A stretch of 64,000 nt of DNA from an uncultured Planctomycetia bacterium (GCA_964642015.1 CAZXLF010000001.1:254375-318374), one strand, 5' to 3'; shown: positions 39,357-49,908, counted from the stretch's first letter. Notes: generated by a model not told the origin, from the letters alone. Program-made: numbers and translations.

Positions 39357-39884
39357 ATGGAAAAGATCAAGCGCTCATTCCACTGCTTCCTATATTACGG
39401 TTTTGCTAGGCATTTACCTATCTCGTATTTGCCGGGTGGCAAGATTGCTAAAGCGATCCGCGCTTTTATCTGTAGGCGTCTTTTCAAAAAATGCGGTAAG
39501 GACGTGAATGTCGAAGCTAAGGCCTTTTTTAACACCGGTCGCGAGATAGAGCTTGGAGATCATTCGGACATAGGGGTCAATGCCAAGGTATTTGGTCCGG
39601 TCGTGATCGGGAAGGATGTGATGATGGGGCCTGATGTGGTGTTCGTTGGCGGAGCACACGAATTTGGCCGTATTGACATTCCGATGAGGAAACAAGGATT
39701 TAAAACACCTATGCCAACGATTGTATCGGATGATGTTTGGATTGGAACGAGGGCGTTGATTTTGGCAGGGGTCAAGATCGGCCGCGGGGCGATCATCGGG
39801 GCCGGCGCAGTTGTTACCAAAGATATTCCCGATTGGGCGGTTGTTGTGGGAAATCCAGCTCAAGTCATTCGGTTAAGAAAATGA
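39357..39884 (+). CDS. Hexapeptide-repeat O-acyltransferase
   Basis: IGKDVMMGPDV, DDVWIGTRALILAGVKIGRGAIIGAGAVVTKDIP...GNPA. Confidence 0.9.
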   Translation: MEKIKRSFHCFLYYGFARHLPISYLPGGKIAKAIRAFICRRLFKKCGKDVNVEAKAFFNTGREIELGDHSDIGVNAKVFGPVVIGKDVMMGPDVVFVGGAHEFGRIDIPMRKQGFKTPMPTIVSDDVWIGTRALILAGVKIGRGAIIGAGAVVTKDIPDWAVVVGNPAQVIRLRK

Positions 39885-40405
39885 ACCCTAATTTTCAATC
39901 AACCACTTTATGGTTCACCGGTAGACCGTGTTCGGGAAAAAGCACGATAGCAGCTCACCTTGTCAAAGAAATGGAAAAGAGGCAAATTCGTATTGCAAGA
40001 CTTGACGGTGATGATGTACGCGGTCGATTAAATTCGGATTTGGGTTTTACTGACAAAGATCGGCGTGAAAATTTACGCAGAATAGCGCACGTGGCACAGC
40101 TATTTAATGAGAACAATAATTTTGTGATCGCTACGTTTGTATCGCCCACCAATGATATGAGAGCGTTGGTTCGGAGAATCATAAAGAATTTCAAATTATG
40201 TTACATCCGCTGTGCTCCCGAAGTATGCGAAAGCCGGGACGTAAAAGGCATGTATAAAAAAGCCAGAGCGGGTCAGATCAAAGATTTTACCGGTATTTCG
40301 GCACCTTTCGAAGAACCGATCGGGCCTGAGATTATTGTAGACACTGATCACGCTGGTATAGATCAGTGTGTGAATCATATATTGAAAGAGATGGGGATCG
40401 GATAG
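39881..40405 (+). CDS. cysC: Adenylyl-sulfate (APS) kinase
   Basis: WFTGRPCSGKSTIA, LDGDDVR, DLGF...DRRENLRR, RDVKGMYKKARAGQIKDFTGISAPFEEP. ATG at 39881. Confidence 0.95.
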   Translation: MNPNFQSTTLWFTGRPCSGKSTIAAHLVKEMEKRQIRIARLDGDDVRGRLNSDLGFTDKDRRENLRRIAHVAQLFNENNNFVIATFVSPTNDMRALVRRIIKNFKLCYIRCAPEVCESRDVKGMYKKARAGQIKDFTGISAPFEEPIGPEIIVDTDHAGIDQCVNHILKEMGIG

Positions 40406-41178
40406 TGTCATTGACTGATATTGATAAAGCGATTTTACCTGAAATTATCAACATCGCCGAAGATGCGGGCCGATCGATCTTAAGGATCTATTCGCTTAGC
40501 GATTTTGGTATCGTGATGAAAATCAATGATTCTCCTTTAACTTTGGCAGATACAGCGGCGCATGAAGCGATCGTGAGATCCTTGAACCGGTTGACGCCGG
40601 ATTGGCCGGTGTTGTCGGAAGAATCGAAATCCGTTCCTTATAATATAAGGAAGGAGTGGAAAACTTTTTGGATGGTCGATCCTTTGGACGGAACGAAGGA
40701 ATTCATTAAAAGGAACGGAGAGTTTACCGTAAACATTGCATTGATCAAAGGCAATGTTCCCGTGATGGGGGTCGTGCATGCGCCGGTGAAGCAGCTGACT
40801 TATTTTGCAGAAGATCGCCAAGGCGCTTTTAAAAGTATCGCCGGCGCTAAAGCGGAACGGATACAAACGGATAAAAAGCCTAAAGGGGTTTTGAAAGTCG
40901 TCATTAGTCGTGATCATATCGGCGGCGAAATGGAAGCATTTCTAAAAACTCTCGAACATTATGAAGCGGTGCACGTGGGAAGTTCGTTGAAATTTTGTTT
41001 GGTGGCCGAAGGTCAGGCGCATCTTTATCCTCGTTTTTGGCCCTGCATGGAGTGGGACACCGCAGCGGCGGAGTGTGTGGTGCGCGAAGCTGGAGGTAGC
41101 GTGAAAGATCTTTCGGGAAATAACTTGAAATACAATAAACCTGATCTTCTAAACCCATATTTTATCGTCAAAGCATAA
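40405..41178 (+). CDS. cysQ: 3'(2'),5'-bisphosphate nucleotidase
   Basis: SPLTLAD, LSEE, WMVDPLDGTKEFIKRNGEFTVNIALI, GSSLKFCLVAEG, EWDTAA. Probable GTG start at 40405. Confidence 0.95.
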   Translation: MSLTDIDKAILPEIINIAEDAGRSILRIYSLSDFGIVMKINDSPLTLADTAAHEAIVRSLNRLTPDWPVLSEESKSVPYNIRKEWKTFWMVDPLDGTKEFIKRNGEFTVNIALIKGNVPVMGVVHAPVKQLTYFAEDRQGAFKSIAGAKAERIQTDKKPKGVLKVVISRDHIGGEMEAFLKTLEHYEAVHVGSSLKFCLVAEGQAHLYPRFWPCMEWDTAAAECVVREAGGSVKDLSGNNLKYNKPDLLNPYFIVKA

Positions 41179-41193
41179 AAGAAAGGGAGCAAC

Positions 41194-41865
41194 ATGGAAG
41201 AAATTATGGAGCTGGATCTGAACAAGCCGGGAAGTATAGGGGAAAAGTCTTTCAATATTTTATGGGAAAAAATAAAAAGTTTAGCGGCAAAAAATATATT
41301 GGAATTCGGAAGCGGTGTAAGCTCGATCAGAATGGCTAGAGCTTTCCCGGAGACGAACATCGTCTCGATCGACCATGACCTTAAGTATTATAGGAAGACG
41401 CATACCTTGAAACGGAAATATTGTCCCGGTTCCAATTTGAACATCCTGTTTTCACCGCTTCGATATCAATGGTCGAGCGGAAGTCTGTTCTTGAGTTATG
41501 CCAAAAATAAATTTAGCGGGATCTTTGATTGTGTGATCATCGATGGCCCTCAAAGCTGGCTAACCCTTAGGGGCAGGGAAGTTTGTTTGTATAAGGTCTA
41601 CGAAAATTTAAGGATTGGTGCAGTGGTGGTACTGGACGATTATTCAAGAGAGGAAGAAAAGACCGTTCTCAAAAACTGGCTTTTGACCTATCCCGGCAGT
41701 TTTAGAGTGGACGTTGTCGAGGAAGGTCATCATCTGGTTTTTTTGACAAAGGTAAAGCAGGTAAAGCCGCGTTATTTTTGCTGGTCGAAGTTTATCGACA
41801 ACCTGCAGACAAATATACATTTGTTTTTAAGATCATTTAAAAGAAGGTTTATTCCAGCGCATTAA
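41194..41865 (+). CDS. Class I SAM-dependent methyltransferase
   Basis: ILEFGSGVSS, SIDHD, FDCVIIDGP, VVVLDDY.R. Confidence 0.75.
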   Translation: MEEIMELDLNKPGSIGEKSFNILWEKIKSLAAKNILEFGSGVSSIRMARAFPETNIVSIDHDLKYYRKTHTLKRKYCPGSNLNILFSPLRYQWSSGSLFLSYAKNKFSGIFDCVIIDGPQSWLTLRGREVCLYKVYENLRIGAVVVLDDYSREEEKTVLKNWLLTYPGSFRVDVVEEGHHLVFLTKVKQVKPRYFCWSKFIDNLQTNIHLFLRSFKRRFIPAH

Positions 41866-41871
41866 CAAACT

Positions 41872-44205
41872 ATGGATCTAAAACAAAAAACGATAAAAGG
41901 CTTGAGCTGGTCATTTGCCTCTCAAGCAGCCAGACAGGTCAGCCAATTTGCGGTGACCGTCATCCTGGCGCGCTTATTGATGCCCGACGATTTTGGACTG
42001 GTGGGAATGGCGACCGTTTTCACCGGATTCATTTCAGCGGTCAATGAGATCGGTGTAAGCGGAGCTCTAATCCAAAGGCAGCAAGTGGACGAAAGCCATT
42101 ATAGTTCGGTTTTTTGGCTGAACATTTTTCTGGGAACGGCATTTACAGCCTTATTCATTGCCGTGTCTCCGGCGATCGCGGCATTTTACAACAAACCCGA
42201 ACTCATCTCTATTTTAAGGATCAGCGCTTTTAATTTTATTTTGGCAGCATTTTCCATCGTGCAAAGAGCTATTTTCCAAAAACATATGGAATTTAAAAAG
42301 CTTGCCGTGATCGAAACTTTGGCGATCGTTATAGGGGGTGTCGTCGGAATCGTCATGGCTTACCGCGGATTTGGTGCATGGAGTTTGGTCTACCAAATGA
42401 TCGCATTCACGCTGGCCAATACGGTTTTGTTGTGGCTGTTTTCCCACTGGAGACCACGGTTTATTTTTTCCATCTCTTCGATCAAAGATATATTCGGTTT
42501 CAGCGCGCATGTGACGGGATTTACTGTCATGAATTACTTCGCCAGGAACGTGGATTATCTTTTGATTGGTAAATTTTTGGGCGCAGAATCGCTAGGTTAT
42601 TACACCTTGGCCTATAAACTAATGCTCTATCCTTTGCAGAACGTTACTTGGACCATACAAAAAGTAATGTTTCCGGCGTTTTCAGTTATCCAAAATGACA
42701 TCGCGAAGGTCAAGAACGCCTATTTAAAGATGATAAAAAGCATATCGATCACAGTGTTTCCGATGATGTTCGGTCTTTTTGCGCTGGCGCCTGAATTGAT
42801 CGACGCCGTTTACGGAGCCAAATGGCTGCCTTCGGTGATCGTTATCAGGATTTTTTGTTTTTGCGGAATGATCCAGTGCCTTTCGAGTACGGCGGGCACT
42901 ATTTATCAATCTCAAGGCCGTTCGGATATCCAATTTAAGATAGGTTTTCTCGGATCTTTGGGGGCTGTTTTATCTATTATTTTAGGACTTCGCTGGGGCA
43001 TTGAAGGAGTAGCGGCCTGTTATACTGCCTATTCCATTCTGTGGGGATTTTATTCACTGTACATCGTAGAAAGATTGATCAGTTTAAAGAAAAAAGATTT
43101 TTATTTATTATTCGCCAAGATATTCCTGATCTCATCGGGCATGTTCCTTTTTACGTTGTATCTCAAGAGTATTTTAAGAATTCATGGCTGGCCGGAATTA
43201 ATGATTGTCATGACAGCGGCAGCCACTGTTTATGTTTTTTTGTTGCTTGTTTTTAAACAAATCGGTTATCAAAATATGGATCATGTTTTGAATGGTAAGA
43301 AACAAAATACCAAAGTTGCGCCCAATTTCTTTTGTGTAGGCACAAAGAAAGGTGGCACGACGACTTTGCAGGATATTTTAGTACAGCACCCAGATATTTA
43401 TTTGCCCAAGGTAAAAGAGACAAAATTTTTTGCAATCGAAGAAAAATACTCCAAAGGAATTGAGTATTACAAAAAAGAGTATTTCTCAAGATGTAATGGT
43501 CAAAAAGCGGTAGGAGAAATTGATCCCGCTTATATGTTCGTCCCTTATGCCCCTTCAAGGATCCACAAAGCTTTAGGAGATGAGATAAAGATTATTTTCC
43601 TTCTGCGAAATCCGGTTGACCGAGCTTATTCTCATTATCTGATGAATTACCGTTGGGGTATCGAGAGTAGATTATTCGAAGAAGCGATAGAAGCTCCCGA
43701 GATCGTGCCAAGCGAAGGATTGTCGTTGGACGATTTTTCAAACAAATATAATTTCTGTTATAGGGAAACTGGTTATTATGCAAAACAGATATCCGCCTAT
43801 TTAAAGTTCCTCAAAAGATCCAATATGATCTTTTTTGTTTTTGAAGAGGATATTAAATCAAATATCCGATCGACTATTGAGTCTATAGAGAAGTTTCTTG
43901 GGATCAGGCACGTTGAATTGAACTTTAATAAAATAAGCAACCCTGCAAGTATGCCTAGATTTAGGATCATCAGGGATTTTACGAGAAAAACAAATATCGT
44001 AAGAAAAATAGGCAAACACTTTTTCCCATCTCAATCCTTACGATATAGGATCCTTATGAGAATAGATGAAATGAATCAAGTTGAAATCAAGCCAAAACCT
44101 TTGGATAGTTCATTCAAAAAATATCTACTAGACAAATATTACAAAGAAGAGGTCAAGGCATTGGAAGTCATTTTGAACAGAAATTTAAGCGTTTGGATGG
44201 AATAA
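41872..44205 (+). CDS. Fusion: WzxC-type flippase (about aa 1-468) plus PAPS-dependent sulfotransferase domain
   Basis: ILARLLMPDDFGL flippase N-terminus with multi-TM body; C-terminal PNFFCVGTKKGGTTTL (5'-PSB), KETKFF, IIFLLRNPVDRAYSHY (3'-PB). Confidence 0.88.
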   Translation: MDLKQKTIKGLSWSFASQAARQVSQFAVTVILARLLMPDDFGLVGMATVFTGFISAVNEIGVSGALIQRQQVDESHYSSVFWLNIFLGTAFTALFIAVSPAIAAFYNKPELISILRISAFNFILAAFSIVQRAIFQKHMEFKKLAVIETLAIVIGGVVGIVMAYRGFGAWSLVYQMIAFTLANTVLLWLFSHWRPRFIFSISSIKDIFGFSAHVTGFTVMNYFARNVDYLLIGKFLGAESLGYYTLAYKLMLYPLQNVTWTIQKVMFPAFSVIQNDIAKVKNAYLKMIKSISITVFPMMFGLFALAPELIDAVYGAKWLPSVIVIRIFCFCGMIQCLSSTAGTIYQSQGRSDIQFKIGFLGSLGAVLSIILGLRWGIEGVAACYTAYSILWGFYSLYIVERLISLKKKDFYLLFAKIFLISSGMFLFTLYLKSILRIHGWPELMIVMTAAATVYVFLLLVFKQIGYQNMDHVLNGKKQNTKVAPNFFCVGTKKGGTTTLQDILVQHPDIYLPKVKETKFFAIEEKYSKGIEYYKKEYFSRCNGQKAVGEIDPAYMFVPYAPSRIHKALGDEIKIIFLLRNPVDRAYSHYLMNYRWGIESRLFEEAIEAPEIVPSEGLSLDDFSNKYNFCYRETGYYAKQISAYLKFLKRSNMIFFVFEEDIKSNIRSTIESIEKFLGIRHVELNFNKISNPASMPRFRIIRDFTRKTNIVRKIGKHFFPSQSLRYRILMRIDEMNQVEIKPKPLDSSFKKYLLDKYYKEEVKALEVILNRNLSVWME

Positions 44206-44225
44206 GAACCCAAGAAATTTAGAAC

Positions 44226-45377
44226 ATGAATATGAATGTGCTGATGCTCACGAGATATTTTCCGCCGGAGTTTGGTGGAGCTGCTATCCAGGCGACGTAT
44301 CTGGCAGACGAATTGAGAAAACAAGGGGCGAATATCGAATTCTATGTGGACAACGGTAGCCGTAAGACAGCTGTTGACTTGTATAATGGCACCAAAGTCT
44401 ATAGGGACAGGACCTATGCGGATAAAGGTTTTTTGCGCAATTGGATTTACTATTTCAAACTGTTTTTATTTATAGCCCGTAATCCAAAATACAAAATATT
44501 GCATTTTCATTCAATGAACGGTATTGAGTCTATCTGGTTCCCATTTTTCAGGCTCATGAAAAGAAAGATTATATTCAAGTTAACGCTTGTAGGCATTGAT
44601 GATCCTCAGAGTTTCAGAAAAAGAAAGATGGGATTTTTTATTTGTTGGGCGCTTGGTTTTGTCGATAAATTCGTGGCTATATCCAAAGCACTTTTTGAAA
44701 AATCTACGTCGGCTGGGATCAAAAAGGACAAAATAGTTTATATTCCAAATGGGGTCAACGTTGAAAAATTCAACCGGATCGAAACCTTAAAAAAGAATGT
44801 GCTGAAGGCGAAACTTGGATTAAGCAGTTTTTCAAAGATCTTTTTTTCTGTCGGAAAAATTGAACTGCGCAAGGGTTATGATTTTTTGTTAAATGCCTGG
44901 ATCAAAATTTGCGACACTTTTCCGGCATCGGTGCTTATCATAGGAGGCCCCGGCAATGTGCCGGAAAATGAGTATTATCTGAAACTTCAAAACATGATAA
45001 AGGAAAATGGATTAAAAAATATCATCTTCCTTGGTCAGATTGATAACGTGGATGAGTATATGAAGATATCGGACGCGTTCTTGTTTTGCTCGCTTCGAGA
45101 AGGTTTTGGGAATGTTCTGATCGAAGCTATGTCCACCGGTGTTCCGGTCGTATCGCGCTATCTTCACGGGATAACCGACGATATTATAATTGATCCTGAA
45201 ATCGGCCGGGTTGTTAAAGAAGATTCATTTGAAAAATACGCTGATGAAGTCATTTCATTTATTCAAAATATCAACCAAGAGAAATCACTAAAGGCGTCAG
45301 AAAAAATAAGATCGAAGTTTGATATTAAAATCATTAGCAGACAATATACAGAGCTTTACCAGGCGCTGAGCATATGA
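44226..45377 (+). CDS. Glycosyltransferase family 4
   Basis: FPPEFGGA, IPNGVN, VGKIELRKG, EGFGNVLIEAMSTG. Confidence 0.9.
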   Translation: MNMNVLMLTRYFPPEFGGAAIQATYLADELRKQGANIEFYVDNGSRKTAVDLYNGTKVYRDRTYADKGFLRNWIYYFKLFLFIARNPKYKILHFHSMNGIESIWFPFFRLMKRKIIFKLTLVGIDDPQSFRKRKMGFFICWALGFVDKFVAISKALFEKSTSAGIKKDKIVYIPNGVNVEKFNRIETLKKNVLKAKLGLSSFSKIFFSVGKIELRKGYDFLLNAWIKICDTFPASVLIIGGPGNVPENEYYLKLQNMIKENGLKNIIFLGQIDNVDEYMKISDAFLFCSLREGFGNVLIEAMSTGVPVVSRYLHGITDDIIIDPEIGRVVKEDSFEKYADEVISFIQNINQEKSLKASEKIRSKFDIKIISRQYTELYQALSI

Positions 45378-46513
45378 GTCAACATAAAATACTTCATGTC
45401 ATTAAGACATTAAATCTTGGTGGAGCAGAGACAAATCTCTTAAATCTTCTTAGGGAAAGCAAAGACTCAGAAGATTATTATTTGGCTTATTCTTATGGCG
45501 GAAAATTTGAAGAAGAATTTCGGAATCTTGGGATAAGTTTTTATAAATATGCCGGCTGCGAACATAAGGTTAAAAGTTTCGCATCTTTGGCCATTATTCT
45601 TAAATTGGCGCTATTTATCAGACGAAATAAGATTCAGATCGTGCATACTCATAATTACAACAGCCATGTTTGGGGAGCGTTGGCCGGGAAGCTTGCCGGA
45701 GCAAAGGTCGTCGAGCATGTCCACGATTTTCGTTATGAAAAAGCCGATTATCTAAAGGAAAGGGGATTGAATCCGAAACAGTTCAAGACGGCTGTTTTTT
45801 TCAGCAGATTTTCGGACCGCATCCTTGTGCTGACCAAGAATAATCAAAGATACTTGATCGAGAACGGAGTCCCCGCTGAAAAGATCGTTCTTATACCGAA
45901 CGGTGTCCCGCTTGGCTTTGATTTGAACGGCGGCCGTCCAGGTCTTTTGGACTCTTTATCGATCCCAAGCGGCAAAAAGATCTTATTATCAGCGGCAAGG
46001 ATATCCGTTGAAAAAAATATAGGATTTCTTTTGGATATTGCCTCACAGTTGAAGCGCGAAGATATTCTTTTTTTGATCGCGGGAGATGGGTCTCTTAAAA
46101 AAGAGCTGGAAGAGCGCACTATAAAAGAGGGCCTTGAAGAAAAGGTAAAATTCATCGGTTTTTATCCTGATGTCAAAAGATTGCTCGGAGTTTCAACTTT
46201 ATTTCTTCAGCCCACTTTACTTGAACTTCATTCGATCACGATGCTTGAGGCGATGAGCATGGGCGTGCCGGCGCTTGTCTCCAAAGGTGTCGGTTGTAAT
46301 GATGATTTTATCGAAAACGGTAAGAACGGGTTTCTGCTTGATCCTTGCGATGCCAAAGCATGGGCGAAAATAGTAGGGACTCTGCTGGATGACGAGAAGC
46401 TCTCCGCTAAAGTGGCCGGTGAAGGGCAGAGACTGATTGAGAACCAATACGATATTGAAAAGACAGTCAAAGCGATTGAGGGGATTTATAGGGAACTTGT
46501 GAGGGAAGAATAG
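45374..46513 (+). CDS. Glycosyltransferase family 4 (paralog of 17173)
   Basis: LHVIKTLNLGGAETNL, EHVHDFRY, LELHSITMLEAMSMG. Confidence 0.9.
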   Translation: MSQHKILHVIKTLNLGGAETNLLNLLRESKDSEDYYLAYSYGGKFEEEFRNLGISFYKYAGCEHKVKSFASLAIILKLALFIRRNKIQIVHTHNYNSHVWGALAGKLAGAKVVEHVHDFRYEKADYLKERGLNPKQFKTAVFFSRFSDRILVLTKNNQRYLIENGVPAEKIVLIPNGVPLGFDLNGGRPGLLDSLSIPSGKKILLSAARISVEKNIGFLLDIASQLKREDILFLIAGDGSLKKELEERTIKEGLEEKVKFIGFYPDVKRLLGVSTLFLQPTLLELHSITMLEAMSMGVPALVSKGVGCNDDFIENGKNGFLLDPCDAKAWAKIVGTLLDDEKLSAKVAGEGQRLIENQYDIEKTVKAIEGIYRELVREE

Positions 46514-47850
46514 TGATAAAAAGTATTTTTGATTATAGGATCTATCTGACCATTGGGGTAGGGTGTCTCCTCTCGTTCGTTCTGGTCAGCGGACTGCCGT
46601 GGTATTACGCCGTAGGATTTATGTTTGTGTGGGTGATTACTCTGATCGCCATCAATAATCCGCTCCATTTTTTATTCGCACTTTTTTTGATAAGACCAGC
46701 TCTTGATTCCGTGCTTTCGGGAATGCGTTTCGGCGATACCGGTGGTTTCGGTTTTGGGGGAGCCGTGTCATTATTTTTGATCGTATTGACAGGTTTTTAT
46801 ATGCTGACCTCTCCGAATAGTCTTAGAGGGTTCAGTCAACCGATCGTGAAAATGTATCTTGTTTTTATCGCAATCAGTGCGTGTTCCTATTTTTTTCCTC
46901 AGGATAAAGTGACTATATCAAAAACCCTTATCAATTATGTGGCAATCTTATCTATTACATTGCTCACTTTCCTTTTATCCAAAACGGAAAAAGAAACACG
47001 CGTGATCATCCGTTCTATCGTGTTGTCCCCGATGCTATGTCTCAGCTTAGGCATTTTTACGAATAAGCGCAGTGTAGACGGAAGATTTGCCGCGACGTTC
47101 GCGCATCCTAATATTCTGGCTTTTTATCTTCTGATCATCATCGGCTGTCTTTTGCTGAATATAGAGAGTTATAAACGAGAAAAGAAATTTTCGACTATAA
47201 AGAAATTTTATTTCCTGATATTGGTCACCGCACTGGCGTTCACTCAAACTAGAAGCGGATGGGGTGCTTTCGTGGTCATGCTGGGAATCTACTCACTTTT
47301 TTTCAACAGAAAGTTCATTTTACCGGGCATTATCATGTTGTTAGTTCTTTTATGCGTACCATTCGTGAAAGAGCATATTGCGAATATTTTTCATTCCCAT
47401 GGAAAATTAATACAGGTCAACGAACAGAGTTCGTTGGGATGGCGTTTTGAGAAATGGAGTTATTTATGGACGCCCATTACCAAAAAACCCTTGACCGGAT
47501 ATGGGATAGGCGCAGCAACCGAATATGGCAAAGATAAGCTGGGCGCGCATAATGATTATCTTCGTTTTCTGATAGAGTCAGGGATATTCGGCCTTATTTC
47601 TTATTTTCTGCCGTTCTGGTACATGCTCTACCGGGCTATTAAAGATAGGAAGGGATTAAATGAACAAAGTATCACTTACCGGCTTGCGCAATTTTTCATC
47701 ATTTTTATTCCCGCGTTTCTTGTCATGAGCATCACTGAGAATCTTGGAAATTATGTCATTATTCAATGGTATATTTGGGCGCTTTTCGGGATCTATTTTG
47801 GCTTGATATCCGCACGCTCTGAACACATTTCCAACCATGCAAAACGCTGA
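46513..47850 (+). CDS. Wzy polymerase / O-antigen ligase family protein
   Basis: Multi-TM; RFAATFAHPN, TQTRSGW, GYGIG, AHNDYL. Confidence 0.85.
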   Translation: MIKSIFDYRIYLTIGVGCLLSFVLVSGLPWYYAVGFMFVWVITLIAINNPLHFLFALFLIRPALDSVLSGMRFGDTGGFGFGGAVSLFLIVLTGFYMLTSPNSLRGFSQPIVKMYLVFIAISACSYFFPQDKVTISKTLINYVAILSITLLTFLLSKTEKETRVIIRSIVLSPMLCLSLGIFTNKRSVDGRFAATFAHPNILAFYLLIIIGCLLLNIESYKREKKFSTIKKFYFLILVTALAFTQTRSGWGAFVVMLGIYSLFFNRKFILPGIIMLLVLLCVPFVKEHIANIFHSHGKLIQVNEQSSLGWRFEKWSYLWTPITKKPLTGYGIGAATEYGKDKLGAHNDYLRFLIESGIFGLISYFLPFWYMLYRAIKDRKGLNEQSITYRLAQFFIIFIPAFLVMSITENLGNYVIIQWYIWALFGIYFGLISARSEHISNHAKR

Positions 47851-49030
47851 ATTAGAACTTAAAAACGAGAACATCATTTGCTTTGCCGGTGAAGATTGGT
47901 GGTATCACAATCCGCATTCCAATTTTCACATCATGAAATCCTTCGCCAAAGAGAACCGTGTACTTTTTGTGAATTCGATCGGTGTAAGTGCGCCCAACAT
48001 GAATGATAAGTATGTCTGGAAAAGGATAGGGAATAAGATCAAGAGTCTTGCACGTTATTTAAAAAAAGTCGAAAAAAATATCTATGTGCTTTCGCCGATA
48101 GCCTTGCCTCTTATTAAAGGTCATGAAAAAATAGTCCAGCGGTTCAATAAATTTTTGATTTTGCTTCAAATGAAAGTTATTTTAAAAATAATTCGATTTG
48201 AAAAACCTATTCTTTGGGTATGTGCTCCTTCATTTGCTGATGTTGCCCTGGCTTTAAAAAAACGGGCGAAGTGCTTGATCTATTATTGTGTCGATAACAT
48301 TACTTTTTATAGCGGAGAAATGAATCCATACATTTTGGATCTCGAGATCAAATTGCATTCTAATGCGGATGCCGCTTTGTTTGTCAACCATCGGCTTGTG
48401 GAAGAAAGAAAGAAATTTAACCCTAAAACTTACCATATAGGACATGGAGTGGATTATGACCATTATGCGGTATGCCAAAATGGCCATCTGTCTATACCTT
48501 CTGATATGGAGGAGATAAAGGCTCCGATCGTGGGATATATAGGTGTTATTCGCGGAGTGAACCTTGAGCTGGTAAAGTTTTTGGCGGACAAAAATCAAGA
48601 CGTCTCATTTGTATTCATTGGCGACATTCAACAGGACATTTCAAGTCTTAAAGATATCGGGAATGTCCATTTTTTAGGCCGAAGAGAATACAGGTTATTA
48701 CCGCAATATATGCAAAAAATGTCTTGTTTCGGGATTTTTTATCAGATCAATGATGTATTTAACAATTACAGAAATCCGAAGAAGCTTCTGGAATATTTTG
48801 CATCCGGAAAGCCTATTGTATCAGTTCCGATATTGGAGCTAGAGTATTTTAAAGAACTTGTTTACATCGCTGAGAATTATGAGGCGTTCGACCATTTTAT
48901 AAAAAAAGCATTGTACAACGATAGCCCGGAATTAAGGAAAATGCGCATTCAATTTGCCAAAGAGCATACCTGGGATGTTATTTCGAGCGAGTCCTCACAA
49001 TATATTTTTCAAGCGATAAAGGGGACATGA
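47837..49030 (+). CDS. Glycosyltransferase, GT4/TuaH-like
   Basis: EDWW, RVLFVNSIG, IYYCVD, HGVDYDH, PKKLLEYFASGKPIVS. Confidence 0.82.
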   Translation: MQNAELELKNENIICFAGEDWWYHNPHSNFHIMKSFAKENRVLFVNSIGVSAPNMNDKYVWKRIGNKIKSLARYLKKVEKNIYVLSPIALPLIKGHEKIVQRFNKFLILLQMKVILKIIRFEKPILWVCAPSFADVALALKKRAKCLIYYCVDNITFYSGEMNPYILDLEIKLHSNADAALFVNHRLVEERKKFNPKTYHIGHGVDYDHYAVCQNGHLSIPSDMEEIKAPIVGYIGVIRGVNLELVKFLADKNQDVSFVFIGDIQQDISSLKDIGNVHFLGRREYRLLPQYMQKMSCFGIFYQINDVFNNYRNPKKLLEYFASGKPIVSVPILELEYFKELVYIAENYEAFDHFIKKALYNDSPELRKMRIQFAKEHTWDVISSESSQYIFQAIKGT

Positions 49031-49908
49031 TGGAACGGCTGGAGAGCGTCAAGAGTTTTTGGAATTCAAATCCATGTGGGAGTCGGTCATCGGATGACCA
49101 GAACAGATCAAATTATTTCAAGGAGGTCGCTTCTAAGAGATATGACGCAGAATTTCATATTCCTGAAATAGCTAAATTTGAGAATTTTAAGGATCGCGAT
49201 GTTTTAGAAATAGGTTGCGGATTAGGGACTGACGGCCTTCAATTTGCGAAAGCGGGAGCCCGCTATGTAGGCGTGGATCTGACCCCGGCAGCTGTCAGCT
49301 TATCCAAAGAGCATTTCAGTCTTTTTAATATTAACGGAATATTTTTTGAGGTTAATGCTGAAAAGCTGCCTTTTCCAGATAATAATTTTGATCATGTTTA
49401 CAGTTTTGGCGTTATACATCATTCCCCCGATATTGAAGCGATCGTCAGAGAGATATACCGTGTTCTCAAGCCAAACGGGACGTTTTGCATTATGATTTAT
49501 AACAAATCATCTATTAATTATTACCTGGAAATAATGTTCTTTAGAAAGATCTTTAAGCGCCTGCTTTATCCCGCATTTATGCCTTCATTCTTGTCAAAAT
49601 GTTTCGGCTTTAGCAAGGATAAATTGGAAGAACATAGGAAAATTCTGTGGAATGCTAAGAAAATCTCAAAGGAAAAATGGATCAGCATCAATACCGATGG
49701 GCCTAATTGTCCGTTGGCAAGAGTGTACAACAAGGAGGAAGCGTTTGAGCTTTTTAGAAAATTTGAAGACATAAGAAGCGAAGTCCGTTTCTTTGACAAA
49801 TCTCACTGGCCTCTCTTGAGGAACTTGTTGCCAAAATCCGCGGTATCATGGCTCGGAAATCGCTGGGGATGGCACAGAATGGTGTATGGAAAAAAACCTT
49901 CTTATTGA
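49027..49908 (+). CDS. Class I SAM-dependent methyltransferase
   Basis: VLEIGCGLGTD, AEKLPFPDNNFDHVYSFGVIHH, RVLKPNG. Confidence 0.9.
   Translation: MMERLESVKSFWNSNPCGSRSSDDQNRSNYFKEVASKRYDAEFHIPEIAKFENFKDRDVLEIGCGLGTDGLQFAKAGARYVGVDLTPAAVSLSKEHFSLFNINGIFFEVNAEKLPFPDNNFDHVYSFGVIHHSPDIEAIVREIYRVLKPNGTFCIMIYNKSSINYYLEIMFFRKIFKRLLYPAFMPSFLSKCFGFSKDKLEEHRKILWNAKKISKEKWISINTDGPNCPLARVYNKEEAFELFRKFEDIRSEVRFFDKSHWPLLRNLLPKSAVSWLGNRWGWHRMVYGKKPSY

Noticed and set aside
39881-41178. cysC/cysQ as a sulfate-assimilation operon
   Set aside because: No cysDN, cysH or cysIJ nearby; the adjacent sulfotransferase explains them.
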